DNA of 64,000 bases from NCBI GenBank assembly GCA_051546255.1, contig CP128817.1:558001-622000 (forward strand), in the 5' to 3' direction. Shown here one piece after another: positions 19,469-29,317 of this stretch. Every line of letters begins with the position of its first letter. The stretch's first letter is position 1. The notes below the pieces were generated by a model, which saw only the letters and a list, made by a program, of their open reading frames with translations, had not been told where the DNA came from and ran no database searches. The position numbers were made by a program, and so were the translations under genes. Source of the DNA: Meyerozyma guilliermondii (Eukaryota).

Positions 19469-21565
19469 TTACAACACCAACTTTTCTACAGAATAGCTCG
19501 GCACCTTTTGCGAGAGTTTCAATGCTTCGTCTTTCACCTTCTTGGAAGAAAGGTCGTTCATTGCAAGGATCGAGTCCAATTGCTGCTGCTGGAACCCATT
19601 GGACTCAATTATGTCGTTGGCTTTGGCTGTCTTCTTGGTCTTTTTAGACTTTTTGCTTGGTTGAGCCAGTAAAAGCGCCTGGCCCACCAAGGTGAGATTA
19701 TAACTGTTTGTGGTTAAAGATGTGATTCTTCTGGCAATTATGGACTCAAGCGAGTCTACGGTGGAAGCTGGCCAGTTGAGAAGACCTCCCACGTCGATTA
19801 TAGCTTGCACCAAGATCCATTTTTTATTCGAGTCCCATTCTAAGAGCCTGTTCAATACTGTATCAAGACCTTGACTGGAGTTCATTTCTTGCAATACCCG
19901 TTTGAAAGAACTGGTGATCTCCAAAATGGATTTTTCCGCAACAAGTCTCGAAGCAGATTCGGCAAATACCCCAGTATCCGAGTCAAGTAATTGACGACAG
20001 AGGTGGTCGATGGGTAAATTTGGACAAGTAATTAACGCTTGTTTGAGGAGGTCCTCGTTACCCAATTTAGCCAATTCTTCCGTCAATCCATGGGTGTATT
20101 TTATGGGAAATAGTGGATGTGTAAGGAGATAAACCACAGTATGCTCGGGAAGAAATTCTGGGTCGAGAACAAATTGGTCTCCGCCCACAATGATCGAGAT
20201 AATTTGCTCCACAAAAGAAGGATCCAACAGACGGTCTGTGTCTATGTCAAATGCAGAATAAGGGTATGTTTTGTGTTTTTTGGTTTTGTTCAAAGCCTTG
20301 GTAATGGACTCCCACAGCTCGTTTTTCATGAACGGAACAGCCACTCTTTCCCATTTTTCAACCAGTTTTTGACTCCGCAACTCTCTGAGTTTATCGAGCA
20401 CGGCACCAAACTCATTGGCTCCAATTTTAGAGCTCTCAGTCAAATCTTCATCAAGAATAAAAGGTATTCCCTGAGAGACGACAGCCTCATTTCTATGCAT
20501 GCTCTTTCCCAAGCACTCTGCCACCGTTCCTCGACCAACGTTAGCATTCATCATATGTATTTTCGTGGTATTTTTGTCCGAGTTGAAATGCAAGAACAGA
20601 ATAAATGTTCTTTGTCCTTGAGTGGGAACCACCAGACCCAAGTATATGTCCCCCTTCATGTTGAAACTGTCCAAAAGACACTCAAAGCTGAAGCTGATCA
20701 AGCTGATGGTGCCTTTCACCCCGAGTATTAACCGGTTTTGAGCTGGTACCTGGAGAGAAATGGCTTCGAGAGGAGTCTTCTGTTGAATTAAAGGTGCCAC
20801 AGAAATGGTTTTGACGATGGAAAAGCTTGGTATGTCGAGCAAGCTGATCTCTTTTGTGGAAATATTGAGACAGAACAACTGTCCGCAATTATAAGCAAAG
20901 ATACAATCTTTCTGTCCCGGCACCAAAACTTGGTGCACTTCAAGTAGACGAGTTTCAGTAAGCGAGATCATTCGGTATGCCCATTCCTTCCCGTGACACT
21001 CCACCGTGATCAAAAGCTCGTGTTCATTGCCAAGCTCTTTTTCTGCCACGAAACAATTGAAAATGACTTTGGACCCTTTCGCTCCGGAAAGTTCACTCAC
21101 TTCTTGAAGTTTTCCCTCAACACTTTTCCGGTACAATTTCGTAGCACCATTATGCATGCAGACGAAGATGATATTCCCATGGCCATGGCCAGCAAACTTG
21201 ACTCCAACAATCTTTCCATTAACATTAATTTCAGACACATTTGATGTCTCGCCTTTTCTATCAATTAAAACAAGTTTATGCTTTCTTCCGTCAGTTAATC
21301 CCACCACAAAGCGCTTCTCTTCATCGCCAACTGTGTGCACATCCATACACTCCACAATAGTCGATGGAGGCAAAGGATAAGACCACACGAGTTTGGGAGT
21401 GGGTTTGAGTGCAAACGTCAGAATGAGAGAACGAGACACGCCAACATCTATTTGAGACGCCTTGAACGAGGTAGGGGTAGCGAACACAGCTTTCTTTGAG
21501 AGACTCAAGTCAGCTAGTCTCAGAAGAGCGTGCACGGGGTAGGAGTCTTCAAAGAATGCACCCAT
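19469..21565 (-). CDS. UTP8: Nucleolar t-UTP subunit Utp8
   Basis: LKPTPKLVWSYPLPPSTIV, YLLTHPLFP, LITCPNLP, C-terminal VPSYSVEKLVL. ATG 21565 preferred over 21598 because RRPE/PAC-like motifs lie between them. Confidence 0.88.
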   Translation of the reverse strand: MGAFFEDSYPVHALLRLADLSLSKKAVFATPTSFKASQIDVGVSRSLILTFALKPTPKLVWSYPLPPSTIVECMDVHTVGDEEKRFVVGLTDGRKHKLVLIDRKGETSNVSEINVNGKIVGVKFAGHGHGNIIFVCMHNGATKLYRKSVEGKLQEVSELSGAKGSKVIFNCFVAEKELGNEHELLITVECHGKEWAYRMISLTETRLLEVHQVLVPGQKDCIFAYNCGQLFCLNISTKEISLLDIPSFSIVKTISVAPLIQQKTPLEAISLQVPAQNRLILGVKGTISLISFSFECLLDSFNMKGDIYLGLVVPTQGQRTFILFLHFNSDKNTTKIHMMNANVGRGTVAECLGKSMHRNEAVVSQGIPFILDEDLTESSKIGANEFGAVLDKLRELRSQKLVEKWERVAVPFMKNELWESITKALNKTKKHKTYPYSAFDIDTDRLLDPSFVEQIISIIVGGDQFVLDPEFLPEHTVVYLLTHPLFPIKYTHGLTEELAKLGNEDLLKQALITCPNLPIDHLCRQLLDSDTGVFAESASRLVAEKSILEITSSFKRVLQEMNSSQGLDTVLNRLLEWDSNKKWILVQAIIDVGGLLNWPASTVDSLESIIARRITSLTTNSYNLTLVGQALLLAQPSKKSKKTKKTAKANDIIESNGFQQQQLDSILAMNDLSSKKVKDEALKLSQKVPSYSVEKLVL

Positions 21566-21575
21566 GGTAATGAGA

Positions 21576-21597
21576 TCATCGCATCTTGAATTTTTCA
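21576..21597 (-). promoter_or_regulatory. RRPE and PAC-like elements of UTP8
   Basis: TGAAAAATT (21589-21597) followed by GCGATGA (21576-21582) on the minus strand. Confidence 0.65.
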
Positions 21598-21605
21598 TAT
21601 AAAAG

Positions 21606-21627
21606 GCTGACTCAGCGCTGACTCAGC
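21606..21627. promoter_or_regulatory. Tandem bZIP (Gcn4/AP-1-type) sites
   Basis: GCTGACTCAGC x2, each containing TGACTCA. Confidence 0.5.
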
Positions 21628-21782
21628 GCGAAAATGGGTGCAAATCAGACAAACCAGTCAATTCAAGATCAAACTCAATTCGATCAAAGTCAATTCGAAT
21701 AGTTAAAAATTTTTAATTTCCTACATTTTCCAATAAATATGTTTATGCATAACTAGTGTACAATCTATAAGCAAATGCGAGT

Positions 21783-22544
21783 CTAGACAGCCTGCAAGTA
21801 CTGCTCGCTGGCATAGTGGTAGTCACCGACAACCACCTTGAATTCATCGGTTTCTGGGTTATACGAGTCAATCTTAAAGCTCGACAAGTCGTCAACGACA
21901 ATGTCAGCACCGGCGTTTCTGACCTTTTCTGGGTCATAAGTGGAGCAGATTCCGACAATCATGGCACCGGCACCCTTACCGGCGGTGATACCTGCGGGAG
22001 CATCTTCGAAAACAACGACTTTTTTCGTTTCATCTTTGTAGCCCAAGGTGTCTCTGGCGGCTTGGTAGCCTTGAGGGTGAGGCTTTCCCTTGGTAACCTT
22101 TTCGGCGGTGATGAAACAGTCTGGTTTTTGAATGGTCAACAATTTCAACCATTTGGTGGCCAAAGGCAAGGTTCCAGACGTCACAATGGCCCATCTTTGT
22201 TCCTTGTTGGTGGTGGCGTTTCTGGAAAAGTGGTCGAACGATTTGACCAACTCAACAGCTCCTGGAATTGGCTTGGCAAACTGACCAAAAGAGTCAGGAA
22301 TTTGTCCTTCCCACTCAGTCACCTGCTCCACAATAGCATCTTCTGGAGACCATTTGGCAATCACATCAAAGGTTCTGCAACCATGGGAAGTTCTGATGAT
22401 TTCCTCAGGGTTAACATGAGGTCTAGTCTTTCCAAAATCCTTCCAGAATTCAGAGATGGCACCAGTAGAATTGACCAAAGTACCATCGCAATCGAACAAG
22501 GCGGCGTTAACGTAAAAGACAGCTGGTTGTTTTTGAATTGTCAT
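21783..22544 (-). CDS. RHR2: Glycerol-3-phosphate phosphatase (HAD family), Gpp1/Rhr2
   Basis: ALFDCDGTLVNS, WAIVTSGT, GKPHPQGY, VVFEDAPAGITAG. Confidence 0.96.
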   Translation of the reverse strand: MTIQKQPAVFYVNAALFDCDGTLVNSTGAISEFWKDFGKTRPHVNPEEIIRTSHGCRTFDVIAKWSPEDAIVEQVTEWEGQIPDSFGQFAKPIPGAVELVKSFDHFSRNATTNKEQRWAIVTSGTLPLATKWLKLLTIQKPDCFITAEKVTKGKPHPQGYQAARDTLGYKDETKKVVVFEDAPAGITAGKGAGAMIVGICSTYDPEKVRNAGADIVVDDLSSFKIDSYNPETDEFKVVVGDYHYASEQYLQAV

Positions 22545-22594
22545 AATGAATGTGGATTGAATTTAATAAAAATTTTTACGGGAATTTACTGGTG

Positions 22595-22602
22595 TTTATA
22601 TA
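22595..22602 (-). promoter_or_regulatory. TATA box of RHR2/GPP1
   Basis: TATATAAA about 50 nt upstream of the ATG. Confidence 0.65.
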
Positions 22603-22956
22603 CCACGGAAACCAGTCGTAACCGGAAAAAGAAAAGTAGTCAATCTAGGTTAAATGCGGTTACCGTTATCAAGCATTACCTAAGCGTACTTCCTAAAGCA
22701 TGAGATCTATCTGTCGGGTTTGTTTCTTTTTGGGCTGTGTACAGGACCAATCAGTCAATTTTTTTTCCGGTGCACATTTTATGCCCCACCTGACGACATC
22801 ACCGGATGCAAAAGTGGGGGAAAAATTGGTATTGGAAGATAGCTATTGAACGGGAGAAAAGGAAACAAGGTGACAACCAAATAACATATGATGGTTATGG
22901 ATGGCTAAAGTCGATATAAGGGTGAAAACCCGATTATCTGCGGTGTTTGATTAATC

Positions 22957-23293
22957 GACGTCAAAATGACGTAGTTGCCCAATAGGTATGCACCGCACGT
23001 GCATCGGGAGACCCAGACTGCATAAATCCAGGTACGGTTACGTCATGATATTGTGATGGTATACAGGATTCTACGGCCGGCCGGCTGCAAATAGCGGCAC
23101 CGACCGCGTAGCGGCGGCAGCCAGAATCAGCGGGAGGCAGCAGCAGCCACAACAGAGTACAACAGTATACTACAGTACTACAGTATGCAACAGTATGCAT
23201 CCATCTAGTACCGTGGACGCAAGCCGCTCCGCAACCTGCTGCGCAGCTTGCAATGGTGGCGCCCACCATTCCGGCCATTTGGCCATCACGTCA
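22957..23293. promoter_or_regulatory. Cluster of CRE/ATF-like sites upstream of RHR2
   Basis: GACGTCA 22957, TGACGTA 22967, TTACGTCA 23038, TCACGTCA 23286. Confidence 0.5.
23151..23200. repeat. Degenerate ACAGTA-core tandem repeat
   Basis: aacagagtac aacagtatac tacagtac tacagtatgc aacagtatgc. Confidence 0.7.
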
Positions 23294-23927
23294 TCGAATG
23301 CACCTGCTCTAATTCGTTTCTCCATACACTACTGTTTGTTTGGAGTTAGCACATTATGATGGATTGCGCGTGTGCCGATTGACATGTGCCCACAAGTTCT
23401 GGGTGGCTCGCAACCCACACGGCGGAAGTTGCAATGGCGACAATAGTGGAGACAATATGATCATAACCAGGAAATGGGGATTAGAGGGAAGAATGGAATT
23501 TCATTAAAAGAGATTCGTAGTAAACAGCAGCATGATCAGAAGAAGAAAATAGCAGTGAAAGACGAACTAAGAGTATTCACTTGAATCAGATTTAAACTTG
23601 CCTAAGATTATAAAGAAAATAAGTTTCTGTCAAGTATGACTGAAATGGCAAAAAATGAAGGTTTACTGGATTATTGAGAAATAAGCTTTTGAGTGTTAAT
23701 TTATCTTTCGCGCTCAAAAATGTGGTAGTTTCAACCTACAATTTGAATTGATTAAGCACGATAATTCTCACATACGAGCCAGATTTATAAGCAAGAAAAT
23801 GGCACAACTCAACTCAGTCGTCCAAAACAACAACCAGTCCTCATCAACAACAACCAGTCATCTACAATATCAATCACTTGCTACACCTTGCACTTATTAA
23901 TGTATTGTATGGTTCATGTGGAAGTAT

Positions 23928-24349
23928 TTAAATGTATCCAATTCTGTTGGCAACATCCAAAGCATCGTGGTCAGCAGTCAATCTGATGTATGCCTTCTTG
24001 GTTCCGTTAGGTCTCACCAAGGTGTGAACGTATTGAACATCAACTTCGTACAATTCCTTTACAGCACTCTTAATTTGGTTCTTGTTGGCCTTGATGTCAA
24101 CTTGGAAAACCAAGATGTTTCCGTCCTCAACCTTCTTCATGGCAGTCTCAGAGGCAATTGGAGAAACAATCACCTTGTAGGCATCCATTCTGTTGTAGTG
24201 GGGAACAGCCTTTCTAGCATACTTGGGAGTTCTGGCCAACTTCAAGGTCTTTGGTCTGTGGAAACTGGTGTCAGTTCTCACCTTGACAACCTTGTTGGCG
24301 TTGGTACCTTTCAAGGCGGACTTCTTAGCGTTGGAAGCTTTAACGGTAG
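23928..24349 (-). CDS. RPL25: 60S ribosomal protein L25 (uL23), exon 2
   Basis: [51 protein letters not shown]; begins after TACTAACTCAG. Confidence 0.97.
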
Positions 24350-24481
24350 CTGAGTTAGTATTGATGAAAATTTCAAAGTCATCACAAATCACGTATGGAA
24401 ATTCATAAACACTGGGGAGCAATCAGATGTAATGTAGACTGTTTTATTTAGTGATTCATGACGTCGAAACGACAAACTTAC
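24350..24481 (-). other. Spliceosomal intron of RPL25 (132 nt)
   Basis: 5' site GTAAGT (24481-24476), branch TACTAAC (24360-24354), 3' CAG ending at 24350; splicing gives in-frame [14 protein letters not shown], 144 aa. Confidence 0.93.
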
Positions 24482-24494
24482 ATTTTGGTGCCAT
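24482..24494 (-). CDS. RPL25: 60S ribosomal protein L25, exon 1 (ATG GCA CCA AAA T)
   Basis: 13-nt exon encoding MAPK plus one base, immediately followed by GTAAGT. Confidence 0.92.
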
Positions 24495-24589
24495 TTTCCT
24501 ATGTCCTTGAACCGGTGGTTATAGAATTTTTTTTCACCAAAGATTGAGAATTTTTCTGAGATTACCTGCAGTACACCAACACAAACATA

Positions 24590-24613
24590 CACGTGACCAG
24601 GGCTAGAGCCCTA
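24590..24613. promoter_or_regulatory. Cbf1 site plus Tbf1-type inverted repeat in the RPL25 promoter
   Basis: CACGTGAC (24590-24597) next to AGGGCT-AG-AGCCCT (24599-24612). Confidence 0.8.
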
Positions 24614-24692
24614 GACACATCCCACCAATAGAGCACTACCGCATTCACTTCAGTATTAGTGTGTCTGTTGCTAGTTATCATGTAGTTATGGC

Positions 24693-24700
24693 TATTTACA
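24693..24700 (-). promoter_or_regulatory. Puf3-type element in MRPS18 3' UTR
   Basis: TGTAAATA 5 nt after the stop. Confidence 0.7.
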
Positions 24701-24705
24701 GTGTC

Positions 24706-25392
24706 TCAGAGACGACGCAATTTCTTAGGACGTGAGCCTCCAAATCTCAATTTGGTATTGTCACTGATACGGACAATATTGGGTCGGATCCGAGACCCTT
24801 CTTTACCTTGTAAAGCAGCCAAAAATGCTTCTCGGCCCCTTCCAAAGTCCTTTAAGACCAACTCGACCTTATCGTTAGGGCCCAAGAGTCCCTTTTCTTC
24901 GATTTGTTTGAACATTCTCGAACTTACCTGGTACGCAGCTTCGTATTCAGCTCTTTGTGCCTTTCTAAAACCCAATTGACCGGCAGAAACATGGAGTTTT
25001 ACGTGATGTGGCAATTGCATGTAGTATAATACCTTTTCGTTGTAAGTTAAATGGTCATTTTTTTCCATGAAATCGAGATCTTCAACCACGGCCACCATGG
25101 AAAGTAGCGTATTATGACGGTGGAACGAGCCGTAGAGTTTCCACAACACCACCTGTTCATTCTTGCGGCCCTTGAGTGACTGCGACTTCAACCTGGGATC
25201 GATAATATTGGATATAGTTTCGTCGGGTGTTGTGGGAGAGGTGGTGAATGCAATGGGGTCAGCCGAACGAGCTGGGGAGGTCATGAACGAGCGTGAAAAG
25301 CGACTTGCGGACAATACAGGCCCACCGGAATGTATAGGGCCCGCTATCAGTCTCCGGAATAGCGTGGATACAGAGAACCACGAGACACTCAT
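24706..25392 (-). CDS. MRPS18: Mitochondrial ribosomal protein uS11m
   Basis: VSAGQLGFRKAQRAEYEAAYQ, KDFGRGR, ISDNTKLRFGGSRPKKLRRL; first ATG 25392; divergent from MCK1 as in S. cerevisiae. Confidence 0.92.
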   Translation of the reverse strand: MSVSWFSVSTLFRRLIAGPIHSGGPVLSASRFSRSFMTSPARSADPIAFTTSPTTPDETISNIIDPRLKSQSLKGRKNEQVVLWKLYGSFHRHNTLLSMVAVVEDLDFMEKNDHLTYNEKVLYYMQLPHHVKLHVSAGQLGFRKAQRAEYEAAYQVSSRMFKQIEEKGLLGPNDKVELVLKDFGRGREAFLAALQGKEGSRIRPNIVRISDNTKLRFGGSRPKKLRRL

Positions 25393-25501
25393 GCTAGGTT
25401 TATATTGAGCGAGGTTCAATTTTTTCAAATCGACCTGGGGCTGTATGCACTACCGCGAGCTGCGACTGACGGAGGTGAACAACGCAAATAACGACGAAAT
25501 G

Positions 25502-25534
25502 ATGACAAAAAAATGACAAAAAAATGACAAAAAA
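25502..25534. repeat. 11-bp tandem repeat
   Basis: ATGACAAAAAA x3 exact. Confidence 0.9.
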
Positions 25535-26171
25535 ATGCCAGAAAAAAGCCATTGGCATACTGCCCAATACAATTACTTACAGAAATCATACAAAACCACC
25601 TAGAATTACCCAATTGACCCCAAATATGAAAAGGTTAACCCAAAAATTGGGCGGCTGTCATCAGTAGAAACCAAACACAATACAACTTTCATATACAAGT
25701 TAAACATTCCTCATCCCCCAAGAGCAAATCGAACGCGTGCAACTTTGTATTATGTCCTGCCCTCCGCCTTGGCCATTTCTTGTCCTGCAGCAGCCACGAC
25801 CAACCAGCGCGCATGCCCTGCATAACACTATACACGTAATTGCGGACAAGTTTATCTACACCGTCTACTCCCTTTCCTTCCCATAACCTCGTGTGAGGTT
25901 TCTACTACTACAAAACCGTTTCAAGTACATCCTTAGACCCTGGAGAACCGATACCATATCTGTTCTACTTTGATTTTGATTTTGTTTGCTTGGTTACAAA
26001 CTCCCCCAAATAGCCCTACGTGACCGTGTTCCGAACTCGGTAGAATATTTATATTCCAGCGTCCAAACGTTGATCTGGCGTCTACTACCCACCGAGGCGC
26101 CACCCCATCAATTTTCTGGAGATTACCATAGGCTTTTTTAGCGCTGTTCTTTCCGGTGAACATCAACAAAC

Positions 26172-27269
26172 ATGTCCCCCACAATCAACGAATACACCCT
26201 AGACAAGGTGGTGGAGAACACTACCAACAATTCCAGTCGTATGACCGTCAAGGAATACAAGCGCATAGGCGAAGGAGCATTTGGAACCGTCGTCGAGGCC
26301 AAATTGAGACATACCGACGGACCCGAGGAAAACTGGCTTGGGCCGTTTGCCATCAAAAGAGTGCCGGCGCAAACCGAATACAAGAGCCGAGAATTGGAAT
26401 TGTTGCGAGTGGTCAACCATCCGAATATCGTCAGCTTGCGATTCTTTTTCGAAAAACTCAGTCAAGAAGACAACAAGGTGTACCAGAACCTCGTGATGGA
26501 ATGCTTGCCTTCCAACCTTCAAAGCGAGATCAAGTATTATAGACAGTCTAAGTACACCATCCCCTACCCACACATGAAGGCATACACGTTCCAGTTGACC
26601 CGGGCCATGCTCTACTTGCATGGATTTGGAATCTCGCATCGTGACATCAAACCTTCGAATATTCTCGTGGATCCATCAACGGTTACTTTAAAGATCTGTG
26701 ATTTTGGCAGTGCCAAGAAGCTCGAGCCCAAGCAACCCAGTGTCAGCTATATCTGCTCGCGATATTACCGAGCACCTGAACTCATTGTTGGGTGCACCGT
26801 TTATACCACCAAAATCGACATATGGGGCTTGGGATGTGTGGTGGCGGAGATGTTTCTCGGCAAGCCTATTTTCCAGGGCCAATCGCCCGAGCTTCAATTG
26901 AAGGAGATATCGAAGCTTTTAGGTCCTCCTCCCAACAGTTTCTTCTTCAAGAGCAATCCTCAGTACCGGGGCAGCATGTACCAAACCAAGCTCTTTTCGT
27001 GCACGGTGCCGGAGAGGTTCCAGCAAATCTTCAGCAACTCACCGCCAGACGCCATTGACCTCTTGTTAAAAATATTGGTGTATGACCCCGACATGAGGGC
27101 TAGCCCGCGGAAAGTGTTAGTGCACCCATTTTTCCATGAATTGAAGAAGGATCATTTCCAGGTATACCCCCGGGGTTCGTCGCAACCCATAACGTTGAAT
27201 ATGTTCAACTTTAGCAACTATGAGTTGGAGCTATTGGGTGATTGTAAGGAGGAGTTGCTATCGAGGTAA
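26172..27269 (+). CDS. MCK1: GSK-3 family kinase, Mck1/Ygk3 type
   Basis: VKEYKRIGEGAFGTV, LGPFAIKRVPAQTEYKSREL, HRDIKPSN, DFGSAK, SYICSRYYRAPE. Confidence 0.93.
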   Translation: MSPTINEYTLDKVVENTTNNSSRMTVKEYKRIGEGAFGTVVEAKLRHTDGPEENWLGPFAIKRVPAQTEYKSRELELLRVVNHPNIVSLRFFFEKLSQEDNKVYQNLVMECLPSNLQSEIKYYRQSKYTIPYPHMKAYTFQLTRAMLYLHGFGISHRDIKPSNILVDPSTVTLKICDFGSAKKLEPKQPSVSYICSRYYRAPELIVGCTVYTTKIDIWGLGCVVAEMFLGKPIFQGQSPELQLKEISKLLGPPPNSFFFKSNPQYRGSMYQTKLFSCTVPERFQQIFSNSPPDAIDLLLKILVYDPDMRASPRKVLVHPFFHELKKDHFQVYPRGSSQPITLNMFNFSNYELELLGDCKEELLSR

Positions 27270-27345
27270 ACATCATTAATACGCATTCCCATCTATTTCT
27301 AGAATTTGGCACCAGCTTACGCGATACATACTTGTATTAATACAT

Positions 27346-27882
27346 TCACAATGCTAAACTATAGCTATATTCATCCTCGATGTTTTGCGACAACCACAAC
27401 ACAATGCAACTTAACATAATGCACCCATTGCACACAACATTACTAACACCCATCCCCAATGTTGGAAACCCGTAATGCTTGAGAAGAAACTTGAGTATAA
27501 ATACCATAAATGACCCGGCTAGTCCTCCGGCAAGAAGGGAAAATCCACAAAACAAAATGACTCGTGCGGCCCATGCTGTGTTCCCCCCTCCATTCATAAA
27601 AGAATTGGAGTTGTTGGCATCGCTAAACAAGTTTGATTTCTCGATAGAATTCACAATCAACATGCCGAGAGTCGAACAAATGAACGGAATCCAATCTACA
27701 AACGTTACGTGAACAACGGAAGCATTTACCGATTTAGAATAAACCGCGGCATCGACCATGCTCCAAAACCCAAATGCATACAATGCTCCAGCGAGATACA
27801 CGCCCACAGACCTCAACTTTTGCGACTTGGGGAGCCGAAGTCCCGCCAAGTTGAACCGGAATAAATTACTTCTTTGCTCCAT
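27346..27882 (-). CDS. VPS68: Vacuolar protein sorting protein Vps68
   Basis: RSVGVYLAGALY, VHVTFVDWIPFICSTLGMLIVNSIEK, NIEDEYSYSL. Confidence 0.95.
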   Translation of the reverse strand: MEQRSNLFRFNLAGLRLPKSQKLRSVGVYLAGALYAFGFWSMVDAAVYSKSVNASVVHVTFVDWIPFICSTLGMLIVNSIEKSNLFSDANNSNSFMNGGGNTAWAARVILFCGFSLLAGGLAGSFMVFILKFLLKHYGFPTLGMGVSNVVCNGCIMLSCIVLWLSQNIEDEYSYSLAL

Positions 27883-28102
27883 AATCGACTTCGGGGTGAG
27901 AATGGGTGATATAGTGGCACATGCAGGAACACGATAAAGAGAGGCAATACCGGATAAAAAAAACTAGGGTGAAGTAGGGAAAGGAACGCAAGTAGGTTAT
28001 TTACGCTGAGTAAGCACCTAAAAGAATCTATATAAGTAAGATTGTGGATTAAGTCTTCATGAATGCATTTTTTTGACATGTCAATTTCGCAGCCATTAAC
28101 AA

Positions 28103-29140
28103 TTATTCAACGTCATTTATATCCAAAACAGTAACCGTTCCATTGCTGTCCGAGCAAACCACCACCTTTCCATCGTCGTATGATGTCACGCCCAAAACTG
28201 CGCCTTCTGACAATTTTAGTTGGCACACAATTTTCTTCGTCTGGACGTCCCAGAAGAGCAAGCCGGAACTCTCCGAACCCGATGCTATCAATGGGGTTTT
28301 TGTACAGGTTATAAAGCAGGTCTCACAGGTGAATTTGGTGCTGATATTAGGCTCGTCTCCTACTCCTAGGTACGTTTTGATAACCTTATTGTCCATGTAG
28401 TCCCAGAGTCTTATGGCACCATCGAGGCTCGAACTCAAAATATACTTTCCATTGGGCGATAGGTTGACGTAGGAAATGGGAAAGTTGACCACGTCAGATG
28501 TAGAAGCAGTTGCTGTGCCTTGACTGGCACTATTATATACAAGAGTCTTGAGACAGTAACCGGTTTCCAAGTCGAATAAACGCATGAGTCCATCGTAGGA
28601 CCCGCTGACTATAATGGTGTCGTCTGGCGTGAGCGCTACTGACAGTATGGGGTCTGAGTGAGCCGAAAGTGTACGCAAAGTTTTGCCCGAAGTGAGGTCC
28701 CAAACGGTGATGGTTTCGTCAGCAGATCCACTCAACAAGATACTTCCACGCGATATGAACTTGACTGTGGTGACATGATAGGTATGTTTCCGAAGCACCT
28801 TCAAGCATTTGCCTCGAGAGATCGACCAGAGTCGTACTGTAAGATCATCAGATCCTGATACTAGAATGTCAGAATTTATAGGTGAAAAGTCCACGTCAGA
28901 AACCCCCTTAGCGTGTCCCCGGAGTTCTTGTTTGAGCGTTCCAGACGCCAATTCATAAACTCTGATGACCCCGTTGGACGAACAAGTCGCCATGGTTTTT
29001 CCATCTGGAGAAATTTTCACTGTATTTATGGATTCGGAGGGATTTTGTACAACATAGCGAACACTGTAAAGCCTGCTGTCGACTACTGTGCTTCCATTGG
29101 TTTCGGAAGTGGGGTCTTTTTGTTCGATGTCAGAACTCAT
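28103..29140 (-). CDS. SWD3: WD40 COMPASS subunit (WDR5 homologue)
   Basis: WD40 repeats; TLSAHSDPI, SGSYDGLMRLFD...CLKTL, SPNGKYILSSSLDGAIRLWDY. Confidence 0.88.
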   Translation of the reverse strand: MSSDIEQKDPTSETNGSTVVDSRLYSVRYVVQNPSESINTVKISPDGKTMATCSSNGVIRVYELASGTLKQELRGHAKGVSDVDFSPINSDILVSGSDDLTVRLWSISRGKCLKVLRKHTYHVTTVKFISRGSILLSGSADETITVWDLTSGKTLRTLSAHSDPILSVALTPDDTIIVSGSYDGLMRLFDLETGYCLKTLVYNSASQGTATASTSDVVNFPISYVNLSPNGKYILSSSLDGAIRLWDYMDNKVIKTYLGVGDEPNISTKFTCETCFITCTKTPLIASGSESSGLLFWDVQTKKIVCQLKLSEGAVLGVTSYDDGKVVVCSDSNGTVTVLDINDVE

Positions 29141-29159
29141 AAAGAAAACAGACCGCGAA

Positions 29160-29235
29160 ATTTGGCTGCGAACTGAAAGCTGCGAGAAACTGCGCGAAGT
29201 GGAACTGATTTGGCTGCGAACTGAATGGCTGCGAA
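29160..29235. repeat. Direct-repeat array of TGGCTGCGAA in the SWD3 promoter
   Basis: ATTTGGCTGCGAACTGAA at 29160-29177 and 29208-29225; third core at 29226-29235; degenerate cores between. Confidence 0.85.
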
Positions 29236-29317
29236 ATGATTCTATGTTGGCTTCGAATTCTTTATGATTTTATTAAAACAAACTAGAACTATAGAATTCA
29301 AGGTTCTAGGCCAGAGG

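Noticed and set aside
22588..22595. ACTGGTGT, recalled as a Meyerozyma telomere unit, as a possible telomerase RNA template or telomeric seed
   Set aside because: Single 8-mer next to a TATA box (another lies inside RPL25 coding sequence); no extended template or tandem array in any spacer.
21816..22703. 295-aa + strand ORF opposite RHR2 (similarly 16110-16556, 23916-24353 and the ORFs opposite CHC1)
   Set aside because: Antisense frames kept open by the codon bias of highly expressed genes; no family motifs.
24350..24481. Intronic C/D snoRNA in RPL25
   Set aside because: GTGATGA lies 3' of the only CTGA, the wrong order for C and D boxes.
29160..29235. CRISPR-like repeat-spacer pattern
   Set aside because: Eukaryotic DNA, only two 18-bp copies plus partial cores, spacer made of degenerate units, no cas genes.
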